In this document: piece by piece, positions 26,828-36,092 of the stretch
Layout of the letters: each line of letters begins with the position of its first letter
How positions within the stretch are numbered: position 1 is the stretch's first letter
Assembly (NCBI GenBank): GCA_024691325.1
Contig: JAILNR010000012.1
Span: forward strand, 37,999-101,998
DNA from: Saccharofermentans sp.
Lineage (GTDB): Bacteria; Bacillota; Clostridia; Saccharofermentanales; Saccharofermentanaceae
Reading direction: 5' to 3'
DNA length: 64,000 bases
Notes under the pieces: model-generated
The model's input: only the letters and a program-made list of their open reading frames with translations
Databases searched by the model: none
Told to the model about the DNA's origin: nothing
Program-made: the position numbers and the translations under genes

Positions 26828-27946
26828 TTATTCGTCTTCTTGATTCCAGTTAAGTTTATCCAATACCCTGTAATAATCATCTGAACCCCATTCATAAGGT
26901 CTCGGACAATAATCATTAGAGGCAAAGCTTGTCTGACTGTAAGGAATAACAGTCAGATTATAATCTTCAACATATGAATTTGTCTCATCCATCACAAATT
27001 CGCAGGTAACAATGCAGCTGTCAGGATCAGAAAGGCCCGTATTACCGCCAAAGCAGAAGTTAGACAGGCTGTAAAGAATGTATCTGCCGTTATAATACTC
27101 GATGGGTTCAAGCCTGTGAGGATGAGCTCCAACAACAATATCCACACCGTGATCGATAAGGGCATGACCTACATATATCTGATCATCGGTAGGTTCATAA
27201 TACCTTTCAATTCCCCAATGGCATGAAGCTATTACTATCTGGCAGCCTGCAGCTCTTAATTCGTCAATAAGAGGATAAGCTGTCTCGGCTGTATCGCCGC
27301 TACCTATCATGTCGATACCGAACATACCGATTTTGATCCCTCTGACCTCATATATTGCAGTCTGATGCTGATTGCTCCAAAGGATACCGGCATCCTCTAA
27401 TGTCTGCTGTGTCTGTACAAGACCTTCCTCCCAATAATCGTAACTGTGATTATTAGAAAGGTTCACCGCTTCGATACTTCCATTAATCAGTATCTGGACA
27501 GATGCGGGATCACTTGCGAAAACAAATTCCTTAGTCATATGGGCAGCGTTCTCATCACCGTACGTGCCTTCAAAGTTAGCAAGCGTCATATCGTCCTGTG
27601 ATAAATACTCGGCACAGTTCTGAAAACAATACTCATAATCATCGCCAACTACAGCATCAAAGCTTCCGGCAGCACCGCTCCAGGCAAGAGCATCTGCCAA
27701 AGTAAGATCACCTAAGAAGTTAACCACTATGTGTTCCGGCGCGGGTGTCGGAGTAGGAGCAGGTGTAGCTGTAGGTTCAGGTGTGGGAGTGGCAGTAGGA
27801 ACCGCCGTTGTCTCAACAACCGTTTGTGAAGGAGCAGTTGTCTGTTGAGGCAGTATTTGAGGTATGGAACAAGAAGGCAATACAATGGTCGCCGCAATCA
27901 TTGAACAAATAAGTATCTTTACACGAGATCTGTTTGAATTAATCAA
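26828..27946 (-). CDS. CapA/PgsA-family metallophosphatase-fold lipoprotein
   Basis: Signal peptide with lipobox LPSC, a PT-rich linker, then FLGDL, ANFEG, NLSNNH, CHWGIE and GAHPH motifs of the PGA_cap family. Confidence 0.85.
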   Translation of the reverse strand: MINSNRSRVKILICSMIAATIVLPSCSIPQILPQQTTAPSQTVVETTAVPTATPTPEPTATPAPTPTPAPEHIVVNFLGDLTLADALAWSGAAGSFDAVVGDDYEYCFQNCAEYLSQDDMTLANFEGTYGDENAAHMTKEFVFASDPASVQILINGSIEAVNLSNNHSYDYWEEGLVQTQQTLEDAGILWSNQHQTAIYEVRGIKIGMFGIDMIGSGDTAETAYPLIDELRAAGCQIVIASCHWGIERYYEPTDDQIYVGHALIDHGVDIVVGAHPHRLEPIEYYNGRYILYSLSNFCFGGNTGLSDPDSCIVTCEFVMDETNSYVEDYNLTVIPYSQTSFASNDYCPRPYEWGSDDYYRVLDKLNWNQEDE

Positions 27947-27952
27947 TTGATG

Positions 27953-29149
27953 TCAGCCTTCCTCCGGAATCTCAAAGCCCTGGCCTAATATCAAAGATCT
28001 AACGAACAATCCTGACGCAGAAAGCATCTCATCCGGCCAATGAGCCGCAAGCTTCTGTTCGATAGTATAGTTATTGGAATAAAGCCTTAAGGCATTGGAA
28101 GATTCTGTATTGGAACTGCCGATAGACCAGTTACACCAGGAAATACCGTTCTGATTCAAAAAATCCATCCACTGATTTGTCTCATCGTAGAAGACTCCGC
28201 CGTCGCCCGAATCCCTCGATGTTCCCCACTCAGTACAGAATATGGGAAGTCCGCTGTCTATTGCAGTCTGTGCCTTATCCATAAGGTCCTGACCGTGTGA
28301 GCCAGCATAGAAATGCAAAGTATACATGATGTTATCACCGCTCAAAGGATTCTGTGCGGCCTCATCGACATCCTGACTCCAGTTAGGCGTACCCACGATG
28401 ATAATATTATCGGGATCATTCTCGCGGATAGCCGCGATAACCTCTTCGGCATAAGGTCTTATCGTATTATTCCAATCCACATCCTGTTCAGGATCATCTA
28501 TTCTTTCACCGTTAGGTTCATTACAAATCTCATAAATAACATTCGGATACTCTCCGTACAACGAGGATATCCTGGAGAAGAAATCAACAGCCTCTTCCCT
28601 GTATTCATTCGGATCACCATCATAAAGAATATGCCAGTCAATAATTACATATACACCATGATCGATAAGGGTATCGGTATAACCGCATACCTCCTCAAAA
28701 TAACGGTCAGGGTCAAATGTATATCCGTTGTCGTTACCTCTGGTCGTCATTGCAAGTCTGATTACAGAGCAGCCCCAGTCCTGAACCAGGGTATCAACCA
28801 CTTCATCAGTAAAGAAATTATAAGTTGATATGAGTCCGCAGCTGCTCATGCCTCTTAGCTGAACAGGTTCACCGGCCTCATTGACTATAGTAGTACCGGA
28901 TACACTCAACTGACCGTTAACTTCTACGGGAATATCAGTTACCTGCGCTGTACTCATAGGGCCAATAGAAGGCTCAGTCTCAACAGGTATCTGACTTTGT
29001 TCTGTCTCAACAACAGAATCAAAAGTAACAGGCATAGTCGGTACAATAGAGGGTAATGTCTCAGCCGGTAATCTTGAGGAACAACCACCAATAATAAAGG
29101 CAACAGAAAGAACTGCAGCTAAGACTGTTTTAAGGCATTTTGACTTCAT
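27953..29149 (-). CDS. Glycoside hydrolase family 5 endoglucanase, lipoprotein
   Basis: Lipobox IGGC. EICNEPNG carries the acid/base Glu and FCTEWGTS the nucleophile Glu. HFY motif present. Confidence 0.9.
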   Translation of the reverse strand: MKSKCLKTVLAAVLSVAFIIGGCSSRLPAETLPSIVPTMPVTFDSVVETEQSQIPVETEPSIGPMSTAQVTDIPVEVNGQLSVSGTTIVNEAGEPVQLRGMSSCGLISTYNFFTDEVVDTLVQDWGCSVIRLAMTTRGNDNGYTFDPDRYFEEVCGYTDTLIDHGVYVIIDWHILYDGDPNEYREEAVDFFSRISSLYGEYPNVIYEICNEPNGERIDDPEQDVDWNNTIRPYAEEVIAAIRENDPDNIIIVGTPNWSQDVDEAAQNPLSGDNIMYTLHFYAGSHGQDLMDKAQTAIDSGLPIFCTEWGTSRDSGDGGVFYDETNQWMDFLNQNGISWCNWSIGSSNTESSNALRLYSNNYTIEQKLAAHWPDEMLSASGLFVRSLILGQGFEIPEEG

Positions 29150-29327
29150 ACAGACCCTCTCGAAAAAAGATAATTCAGTATATAATTTAACTGCATTTAA
29201 TTCAATAATCGATTAACTCAATATATTGACTGCGATTTATAATAATGTCATACTTTGTTAACATAATCATTTGCTTCAAGATATATAATTTAAGTAGTGA
29301 AAATAAAGGAAGTATGAGGTGTAACGG

Positions 29328-29669
29328 ATGTCACGAGTAGACAGTTTGCGTAATAAGATCTTGAAGCTGGCTGCTAAGGGCAAGCTTGATGGACTTATTA
29401 AACTTTCCGGTGATTCCGATGAGGCAGTTCGCACTGAGGTTGCCATTGCGATGGGACAGATAACAACATACGAGTCCGGCATGGCACTTATCCCACTTCT
29501 TCGTGATTCTTCTCCTTCTGTAAGAGCTGCGGCAGCAACATCAGCTGCTGATATTGGAGCTAAGCACTGCGAAGAGTATGTTAAGAAACTTGCATTTGCC
29601 GATTCCGATCCGAACGTCAGACAGATTGCAAAGAGTGCATTTGACAGACTTAAGGATAGAGTAGTTTGA
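29328..29669 (+). CDS. HEAT-repeat protein
   Basis: 113 aa with three D..xVRxxAAxAxGxIG-type repeats (DEAVRTEVAIAMGQI, SPSVRAAAATSAADIG, DPNVRQIAKSAF). GAGGTG RBS 6 nt upstream. Confidence 0.7.
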   Translation: MSRVDSLRNKILKLAAKGKLDGLIKLSGDSDEAVRTEVAIAMGQITTYESGMALIPLLRDSSPSVRAAAATSAADIGAKHCEEYVKKLAFADSDPNVRQIAKSAFDRLKDRVV

Positions 29670-29758
29670 CAAGTCACTGGTTTATAATAAGAATAAGGTT
29701 GTCTCATTGTTATGGGACAACCTTTTAAGTTTAAGGATTCTTCAGATTGGAGATTAAT

Positions 29759-30691
29759 ATGAAAAGAATACTTGTAACAGCAGGCGGAACTGCTACAGCA
29801 TGGCATATATCCAATATTGCTAAAGAATATTTTAAGGATGATATCGAGATACAGGTATGTGATACCAATGACTCTTATCTTGTTCCCGCGATAGTATCCG
29901 CCTCTAAGGTTCACAAGGTTCCTCCCGTAGTATCTGATGATTACACCGAGCATATAAGCCGCCTGATCAAAGAAGAGCATATCGACCATATCGTTCCTTT
30001 GATTCCGCAGGAAGCCTATCTTTTTGCCAAAGACAGTGATTTTGTTAAGCAGACGGGTATCACCAGTTCTGCCGCTTCCCTTGATACAACAAAGAAACTT
30101 GCTGACAAGCTTTACATGTATAAGACTTTGACGTCTGTCGGAATTCCTACACCGAGAGTCTATAACCTCGATGAGATAGATCCCAATGAACTTTATTTGA
30201 GAAAGCCAAGACTGGGATTCGGCTCATTGGGTGTAAGTGTAATCAAGGGCGCAGAGAGCATTCCTGATGACTGTATCTACCAGGAATACTGTAAAAGTGA
30301 CGACTACGATGAGATAACCGTCGAGGTTTCAAATCTTGATGAATTGAGGATATTCTCCAGAAGGCGTATTGCAACAAAGGCCGGTGTATGCGTAAAGGCT
30401 GAGCCTGTTGATAACAGTATTTTCTACCCGTTTATCGAGAAACTCGTTAAAAATGTTGAGTGCCCCACCGCATTTAACGTACAGTTCCTCCGCCACAAGG
30501 GCGAATGGCTTATGTTTGACTGTAACTTAAGACTCGGGGCAGGAACAGGTCTTTCAACGGCCATAGGCTTCCAGTTAACAAGAGCTTTCCTTGCTGACAT
30601 TGCAGGCATCAAGCCTGATGCATCATGGTTTGAAGTAAACAATAAAGCAAAAGCGGTTCTTCGAGTCTATCAGGAGATAGTTGTTCAATGA
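29759..30691 (+). CDS. ATP-grasp domain ligase, unknown substrate
   Basis: Starts MKRILVTAGG with GGAG 6 nt upstream. DKLYMYKTL..GIPTP...LRKPRLGFGSLGV...FNVQF...FDCNLRLG follows the ATP-grasp pattern. Confidence 0.8.
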   Translation: MKRILVTAGGTATAWHISNIAKEYFKDDIEIQVCDTNDSYLVPAIVSASKVHKVPPVVSDDYTEHISRLIKEEHIDHIVPLIPQEAYLFAKDSDFVKQTGITSSAASLDTTKKLADKLYMYKTLTSVGIPTPRVYNLDEIDPNELYLRKPRLGFGSLGVSVIKGAESIPDDCIYQEYCKSDDYDEITVEVSNLDELRIFSRRRIATKAGVCVKAEPVDNSIFYPFIEKLVKNVECPTAFNVQFLRHKGEWLMFDCNLRLGAGTGLSTAIGFQLTRAFLADIAGIKPDASWFEVNNKAKAVLRVYQEIVVQ

Positions 30692-31284
30692 CATTCGTCT
30701 TTGATCTTGACGGAACACTGATCGACAGCACTGCCCGTCACTATATCCTTATGCGTAAAATCCTTTCGGACAAAGGAATCAGTGTTGCTTCCGGTTTTGA
30801 TGAGTCATATATGAAGTACAAGGCCGATGGTAACAACGGCAGAAAGTATCTGACTGATGTTTTGGGTATCTACGAAGCGGATGCAGTTTTAATCCAGCGT
30901 GAATGGGTAAAGCAGATAGAGGATGAATCCTACCTTCTTTATGACAAACTCTATGATGATTCTATATCCACACTTAATCTTATTAATGACAGTATCGTAT
31001 TCCTGACAATCAGAAGCAATGAATCGGGTATAAGGAATGAGATCAAAAGATTAGGTATAGACAAATATCCGCTTATTGTTCTTTCACACGGGATGGATAA
31101 AGCTGATGCTATAAAAGATATAAACGATAAGGTAACCGTAATAGGCGATACCGAACTTGATTATAAAGCCGCTATAGATACAGGTTCGGATTACTACATC
31201 CTTAACAGAGGCTTCAGAAGCAAACAATACTGGGATCAAAGAGGAGTTATTTCCCACAGCAATCTTGGCGGATTGATCAAATAA
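30688..31284 (+). CDS. HAD-superfamily hydrolase
   Basis: MTFVFDLDGTLIDS is the DxDxT motif I, with GDTELD near the C-terminus. ATGA overlap with the ATP-grasp gene. Confidence 0.85.
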   Translation: MTFVFDLDGTLIDSTARHYILMRKILSDKGISVASGFDESYMKYKADGNNGRKYLTDVLGIYEADAVLIQREWVKQIEDESYLLYDKLYDDSISTLNLINDSIVFLTIRSNESGIRNEIKRLGIDKYPLIVLSHGMDKADAIKDINDKVTVIGDTELDYKAAIDTGSDYYILNRGFRSKQYWDQRGVISHSNLGGLIK

Positions 31285-31313
31285 AAACACCGGGCATAAA
31301 CCCGGTGTTTTAT
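31283..31313. terminator. Bidirectional rho-independent terminator (HAD gene / nagB)
   Basis: Arms acaccggg (31287-94) and cccggtgt (31301-08), flanked by an A-run upstream and a T-run downstream. Confidence 0.7.
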
Positions 31314-31333
31314 TATCATATTAAGCACCTGAA

Positions 31334-32083
31334 TCAGTCAGCAGCTGCAACTACCTTGTCTGAGATAGCAGCCTCATCACCAATTACAACAACATTAGGG
31401 TGAAGCTGGAGAATTGATGCAGGAACGGAAGGTGTGACAGGACCTGTGAAAGCCTTTTCGACGATGTCCTTCTTGCCGGCTCCTGTAGCCATGAGGATTA
31501 CAGTAGTGGACTTCATGATGTAGCCGATACCCATGGTGTAAGCCTGTGTGGGAACTTCATCGATCTTGCCGTTGAAGAACAGTCTTGCGTTATCCTCGAT
31601 CGTCTGCTGCTCCAAGTCAATGCACTGTGTGTTAACGCAGAAGGAATCAGCAGGCTCATTGAAGCCGATGTGTCCGTCTCCGCCGATACCCAAAAGCTGG
31701 ATATCAAGATGACCCAATGACTTAAGGATAGCATCGTAATCAGTACAAGCCTTAACTGCATCAGCCTCGAGTCCGTCAGGTACATATGTCTTGTTCTTAT
31801 CGATATTTACATGGTCGAACAGGTTCGTATTCATAAAATATCTGTAGGACTGATCGTGATCGCCGCCAAGACCTCTGTACTCATCAAGGTTAGCACTAGT
31901 TACAGCGGAGAAATCAAGACTTCCCTCCTTGTACATATCTACCAGAGCCTTGTAAGTTCCTACAGGTGTGGAACCTGTTGCAAGTCCGATCTTACAGTCG
32001 GGCTTAAGTCTGATCTGTGAAGCAATAAGCTCGGCACAAGCCTTTGAAGCTTCCTCGTAATTTGCTTTTCTAATTACTCTCAT
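31334..32083 (-). CDS. nagB: Glucosamine-6-phosphate deaminase
   Basis: 249 aa with GLATGSTP and GIGGDGHIGFNEP. Confidence 0.95.
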   Translation of the reverse strand: MRVIRKANYEEASKACAELIASQIRLKPDCKIGLATGSTPVGTYKALVDMYKEGSLDFSAVTSANLDEYRGLGGDHDQSYRYFMNTNLFDHVNIDKNKTYVPDGLEADAVKACTDYDAILKSLGHLDIQLLGIGGDGHIGFNEPADSFCVNTQCIDLEQQTIEDNARLFFNGKIDEVPTQAYTMGIGYIMKSTTVILMATGAGKKDIVEKAFTGPVTPSVPASILQLHPNVVVIGDEAAISDKVVAAAD

Positions 32084-32110
32084 GTTCGTCCTCCAGGTTT
32101 TCTTATAGGT

Positions 32111-32782
32111 TTACTCTTCTGTCTTTACTACGATATTGTCCTTATCCTTATAGATAGAGTGATCAGGTACGATACCTCTTACCATGGACAACGGATAGAT
32201 ATTTGTGTGAGGACCTACAACAGTACCGGGATTCAATACGCTGTTACAGCCGACCTCAACATTATCACCTAGCATTGCACCGAACTTGCGAAGACCGGTC
32301 TCATAGGATCTGCCCTCACCCTTAACAACTACATTCTTTCTGTCAGCCTTGATATTGGAAGTAATTGCTCCGGCACCAAGATGAGCCTTGTAACCCAGTA
32401 CAGAGTCACCTACATAGTTATAATGAGGAACCTCAACCTTGTTAAAAAGAATGACGTTCTTAAGTTCTGTGGAATTACCAACGGTAGCACCCTCGCCCAC
32501 GATAGCAGACTCTCTTATGAAAGCACACTGTCTGATCTTTGCGCCCTTGCAGATGATAGCGGGACCGTGAATATAAGCGGAAGGAAAAATCTCTGCATCC
32601 TTGGCGATCCAAACATCCTCACCGACCTTATCATATTCGTCAGGACTTAATGTGGGACCTAACTTCAAGATAAAATCCTTGATCTTGGGAAGTACTTCCC
32701 AGGGATATGTGCATCCTTCGAAGATATCCTTAGCGATAGTCTCATCAAGGTTATACATGTTCTTAATCAATGCTGTTTCCAT
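32111..32782 (-). CDS. Left-handed beta-helix (hexapeptide) acetyltransferase resembling the C-terminal half of GlmU
   Basis: 223 aa of hexapeptide repeats (IRESAIVGEGATVGNSTELKNVILFNKVEV..VGDSVLG..HLGAGAITSN). There is no nucleotidyltransferase domain. Adjacent to glmM. Confidence 0.72.
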   Translation of the reverse strand: METALIKNMYNLDETIAKDIFEGCTYPWEVLPKIKDFILKLGPTLSPDEYDKVGEDVWIAKDAEIFPSAYIHGPAIICKGAKIRQCAFIRESAIVGEGATVGNSTELKNVILFNKVEVPHYNYVGDSVLGYKAHLGAGAITSNIKADRKNVVVKGEGRSYETGLRKFGAMLGDNVEVGCNSVLNPGTVVGPHTNIYPLSMVRGIVPDHSIYKDKDNIVVKTEE

Positions 32783-32802
32783 ATGAATACCTCTTTCAAA
32801 TA

Positions 32803-34158
32803 TCAGTCTGCAGCAAGTCCTGCGCCTTTGATAACTTCGATAAGCTGATCTACATACTTCTCGCAGATCTCATCTGTAGACGCCTCTACCATAACGCGTA
32901 TCTTAGGCTCTGTACCGGAAGCACGAAGAAGAAGTCTTCCGTCACCGCCAAGCTCCTTATTAACCTTATCAACTGCTTCGAGAACAACAGGATTCTCCTG
33001 TGCCTCCTTCTTATCCTTAACAACAATGTTCTTAAGGCACTGGGGGAACATCTTCATCTCACCCGCAAGCATAGACAGAGGAAGCTTCTTATCGAGCATC
33101 GTCATCATAACCATGAGTGATGTGAGGATACCGTCACCTGTAGTTGCATACTTTCCGAAAATAATGTGACCTGACTGCTCGCCGCCGAGGACATATCCGT
33201 TCTGCATCATATTCTCGGCAACATACTTATCACCAACATTTGTCTTCTCTGTATTGATGCCGATTGCCTCGCAAGCCTTGTAAAGACCCATGTTGGACAT
33301 GATAGTTGTAACGATGGTATCACCGTCAAGAAGACCATTCTCCTTCAGATACTTACCGCAAAGGTACATAACCTGATCGCCGTTGACCTCTTCACCATTC
33401 TCGTCAACACACAAGCATCTGTCAGCATCACCGTCATAAGCAAATCCTGCATTAAGACCATTCTCAACAACGAACTTCTTGAGACTGTCCATATGAGTTG
33501 ATCCGCAGTTCAAGTTGATGTTAACACCGTCAGGAGTGTTATTGATAACATAAACCTTGGCACCAAGAGCTTCATAAACAGCCCTTGCTATATTCCAGGA
33601 AGCACCATTGGCACAATCCAAAGCAACCTTCATACCGTTGAAGCCTCGTGTCGGGATAGACATAAGATAACCGATATAACGGTTTCTTCCTGCAGCGTAA
33701 TCGATAACGTTACCCATCTTCTCACGCTTTGCCAAAGGAAGCTCCTCAATCTGGCCATCCATATAGGCCTCAATCTTATCTTCGATCTCAGCTTCGATCT
33801 TCTGACCGTTAGCTCTCATGATCTTAATACCATTGTCATAGAAAGGATTATGGGATGCAGAGATCATGACACCGCAGTCAAATCCGTCTGTTCTGCAGCA
33901 GTATGAAACTGAAGGTGTTGTTGTAACGTGGAGAAGGTATGCATCCGAACCTGAGGAAGTTATACCTGCAGACAAAGCATACTCAAGCGTATAGGAACTT
34001 CTTCTTGTATCCTTGCCGATGATGATCCTTGCTCTGCCGTCCTCGTGATTCTGACCATAATACCATCCGAGATAACGGCCGATCTGAAAAGCTCTTGAGG
34101 CTGTAAGATCTACATTTGCCTCGCCTCTGAATCCGTCTGTACCAAAGTATTTACCCAT
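32803..34158 (-). CDS. glmM: Phosphoglucosamine mutase
   Basis: 451 aa with the SASHNPFYDNGIK phosphoserine loop, DGDADR and GGEQSGH. Confidence 0.96.
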   Translation of the reverse strand: MGKYFGTDGFRGEANVDLTASRAFQIGRYLGWYYGQNHEDGRARIIIGKDTRRSSYTLEYALSAGITSSGSDAYLLHVTTTPSVSYCCRTDGFDCGVMISASHNPFYDNGIKIMRANGQKIEAEIEDKIEAYMDGQIEELPLAKREKMGNVIDYAAGRNRYIGYLMSIPTRGFNGMKVALDCANGASWNIARAVYEALGAKVYVINNTPDGVNINLNCGSTHMDSLKKFVVENGLNAGFAYDGDADRCLCVDENGEEVNGDQVMYLCGKYLKENGLLDGDTIVTTIMSNMGLYKACEAIGINTEKTNVGDKYVAENMMQNGYVLGGEQSGHIIFGKYATTGDGILTSLMVMMTMLDKKLPLSMLAGEMKMFPQCLKNIVVKDKKEAQENPVVLEAVDKVNKELGGDGRLLLRASGTEPKIRVMVEASTDEICEKYVDQLIEVIKGAGLAAD

Positions 34159-34220
34159 AAATTACTCCTTGATCTGTTTTACAGTAAAATTATACCAATA
34201 AAGTCGAAATCCAAAACATT

Positions 34221-36080
34221 TTATTCGACAGTTACGCTCTTGGCAAGATTACGGGGTTTATCAACATCACAACCCTTGTTAACCGCCATATAATAGGCGA
34301 ACAACTGGCACGGAAGAACCCCGAGTATCGGTGCAAATATCTCATCACAATCCGGAATGATAAACTTCGTATCGCATGAGAACTTCATCTTGCTCATTCT
34401 CTCAGGGATTATGGCAAGAACTGTAGCACCTCTGGTCTTAACTTCCTTGATATTAGATTCCATCTTCGGTGCCAGATCATCCTGTGTAATCGGAGATACA
34501 ACAAGCGTTCCGTCTTCGATCAGGGCGATCGTACCGTGCTTTAACTCACCGCCGGCATAAGCCTCAGAGTGGATATAGGAAATCTCTTTAAGCTTCAAAG
34601 AAGCCTCCATGGAAAGATAGTAGTCAATTCCTCTTCCCATAAAGAATATGGAATCCGCATTAAACTGAGTGGAAGCAAATCTCTGTATCTCATTTTGCTT
34701 ACTTAAGATCAACTTAAGTTTCTCAGGGATAGCAAGCAGCTCCTTGTGGTACTCCTGGTACTGTTCAGGAGTAATCTTTCCCAATGTATAAGCAAACTTA
34801 ATAGCAATGAGATACATACAACCTAACTGTGTGGTATAGGCCTTGGTGGAAGCAACTGATATCTCAGGTCCTGCTGCCGTGTAAAGTACATAATCAGCTT
34901 CACGTGCAATCGTGCTTCCGATTACATTTACTACTGCAATAGTCCTGCTTCCCTTCTCTTTTGCTATCTTCATGGCATTACGCGTATCAAGCGTTTCACC
35001 TGACTGTGAGATAACTATCGAAAGTGTATGTTCGTCTATGAGCGGATCAGAATATATGAATTCACTTGCGACACCGCAGACAACAGGTATACGGCAAAGC
35101 TTCTCGATAAGGTACTTACCGACACATCCGGCATGGTATGCAGTACCGCATGCAATAATGTTTATATTTGTGATTCCGGAAAGAAACTCTTTATCTACCG
35201 GTATATGCTCAAGATAGATCCTGTCATCCTTGATCCTGGGTCTTACGGTATTATCAAATGCCTGGGGTTCCTCAAACATCTCCTTCATCATGAAGTGCGC
35301 ATAACCGCCCTTCTGAGCAGCGTTTGAATCCCATTCAACATGAGAAACTTCATACTCTACAGGCTCACCGTGAACATCTTTGATCTCGATGGAATCCTTC
35401 TTCATTATCAGATAACAGTTATCCTCCATGAAGACTACATCTCTTGTGTACTCGATAAGTGCCGTAATATCAGAAGCTACGAAGTTCTCATTCTTACCCA
35501 ATCCAATAACAATGGGGTTATCCTTCTTGGCACATATAAGCTGATCGGGTTTATCGATACACAGGATACAAAGAGCATAAGAACCGATAATGTCGGCAAG
35601 AGCCCTTGATACGGCAGCTTCTATGTCATTGCTGCCAAGTTTTACATAGTAATACTCAATAAGCTGAGCTGCTACTTCAGTATCTGTCTCAGATTTAAAC
35701 TCATATCCCTTTTTCTTAAGGAATTTACGGAGTTCCGCATAGTTCTCGATAATTCCGTTATGAACTACACAGATCTTACCGTTCATCGACAAGTGCGGAT
35801 GTGAATTCTCATCAGAGGGAGCTCCGTGAGTAGCCCATCTTGTATGACCTATTCCGGATGAGATCTTGTTAGTCTTGTGCTCATCAAGGTTATATCCCTG
35901 AGAGGCAACCTCATCACTTAAGTCGCTGACTCTTCCTTTCTTCTTTATGAGGTTGAGCTGGCCGTCTTTAATAAAAGAAACACCGGCAGAATCGTATCCA
36001 CGATACTCCAGTGTTTTCAACCCCTTAATCAAAACAGAAAGTGTGTTTCTGCTTCCGATGTAACCTACAATGCCACACAT
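34221..36080 (-). CDS. glmS: Glutamine--fructose-6-phosphate aminotransferase
   Basis: 619 aa with the MCGIVGY catalytic Cys1, VHNGIIEN, two SIS domains and a KSVTVE C-terminus. Confidence 0.97.
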   Translation of the reverse strand: MCGIVGYIGSRNTLSVLIKGLKTLEYRGYDSAGVSFIKDGQLNLIKKKGRVSDLSDEVASQGYNLDEHKTNKISSGIGHTRWATHGAPSDENSHPHLSMNGKICVVHNGIIENYAELRKFLKKKGYEFKSETDTEVAAQLIEYYYVKLGSNDIEAAVSRALADIIGSYALCILCIDKPDQLICAKKDNPIVIGLGKNENFVASDITALIEYTRDVVFMEDNCYLIMKKDSIEIKDVHGEPVEYEVSHVEWDSNAAQKGGYAHFMMKEMFEEPQAFDNTVRPRIKDDRIYLEHIPVDKEFLSGITNINIIACGTAYHAGCVGKYLIEKLCRIPVVCGVASEFIYSDPLIDEHTLSIVISQSGETLDTRNAMKIAKEKGSRTIAVVNVIGSTIAREADYVLYTAAGPEISVASTKAYTTQLGCMYLIAIKFAYTLGKITPEQYQEYHKELLAIPEKLKLILSKQNEIQRFASTQFNADSIFFMGRGIDYYLSMEASLKLKEISYIHSEAYAGGELKHGTIALIEDGTLVVSPITQDDLAPKMESNIKEVKTRGATVLAIIPERMSKMKFSCDTKFIIPDCDEIFAPILGVLPCQLFAYYMAVNKGCDVDKPRNLAKSVTVE

Positions 36081-36092
36081 TTGTGAAACCTC

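Noticed and set aside
27700-27860. PT-rich coding repeat in the CapA-like gene as a possible DNA tandem repeat
   Set aside because: It is a short, imperfect Pro/Thr linker typical of exported Firmicute proteins. It is not a regular nucleotide repeat array.
29276-29989. 237-aa minus-strand ORF spanning the HEAT gene and the start of the ATP-grasp gene
   Set aside because: It is antisense to two plus-strand genes that have clear family motifs and RBSs. Its translation is low-complexity (Ser/Ala/Tyr runs) with no recognisable motif.
34159-34220. Possible terminator hairpin gtcgaa-N15-ttcgac between glmS and glmM
   Set aside because: The stem is only 6 bp and AT-rich, with a large loop. That is insufficient to call a terminator, and the genes are probably co-transcribed.
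36081-36092. Looked for a glmS ribozyme upstream of glmS
   Set aside because: Only 12 nt separate glmS from the preceding gene, and the sequence inside the upstream CDS encodes a YbbR domain. A ribozyme of about 170 nt cannot fit.
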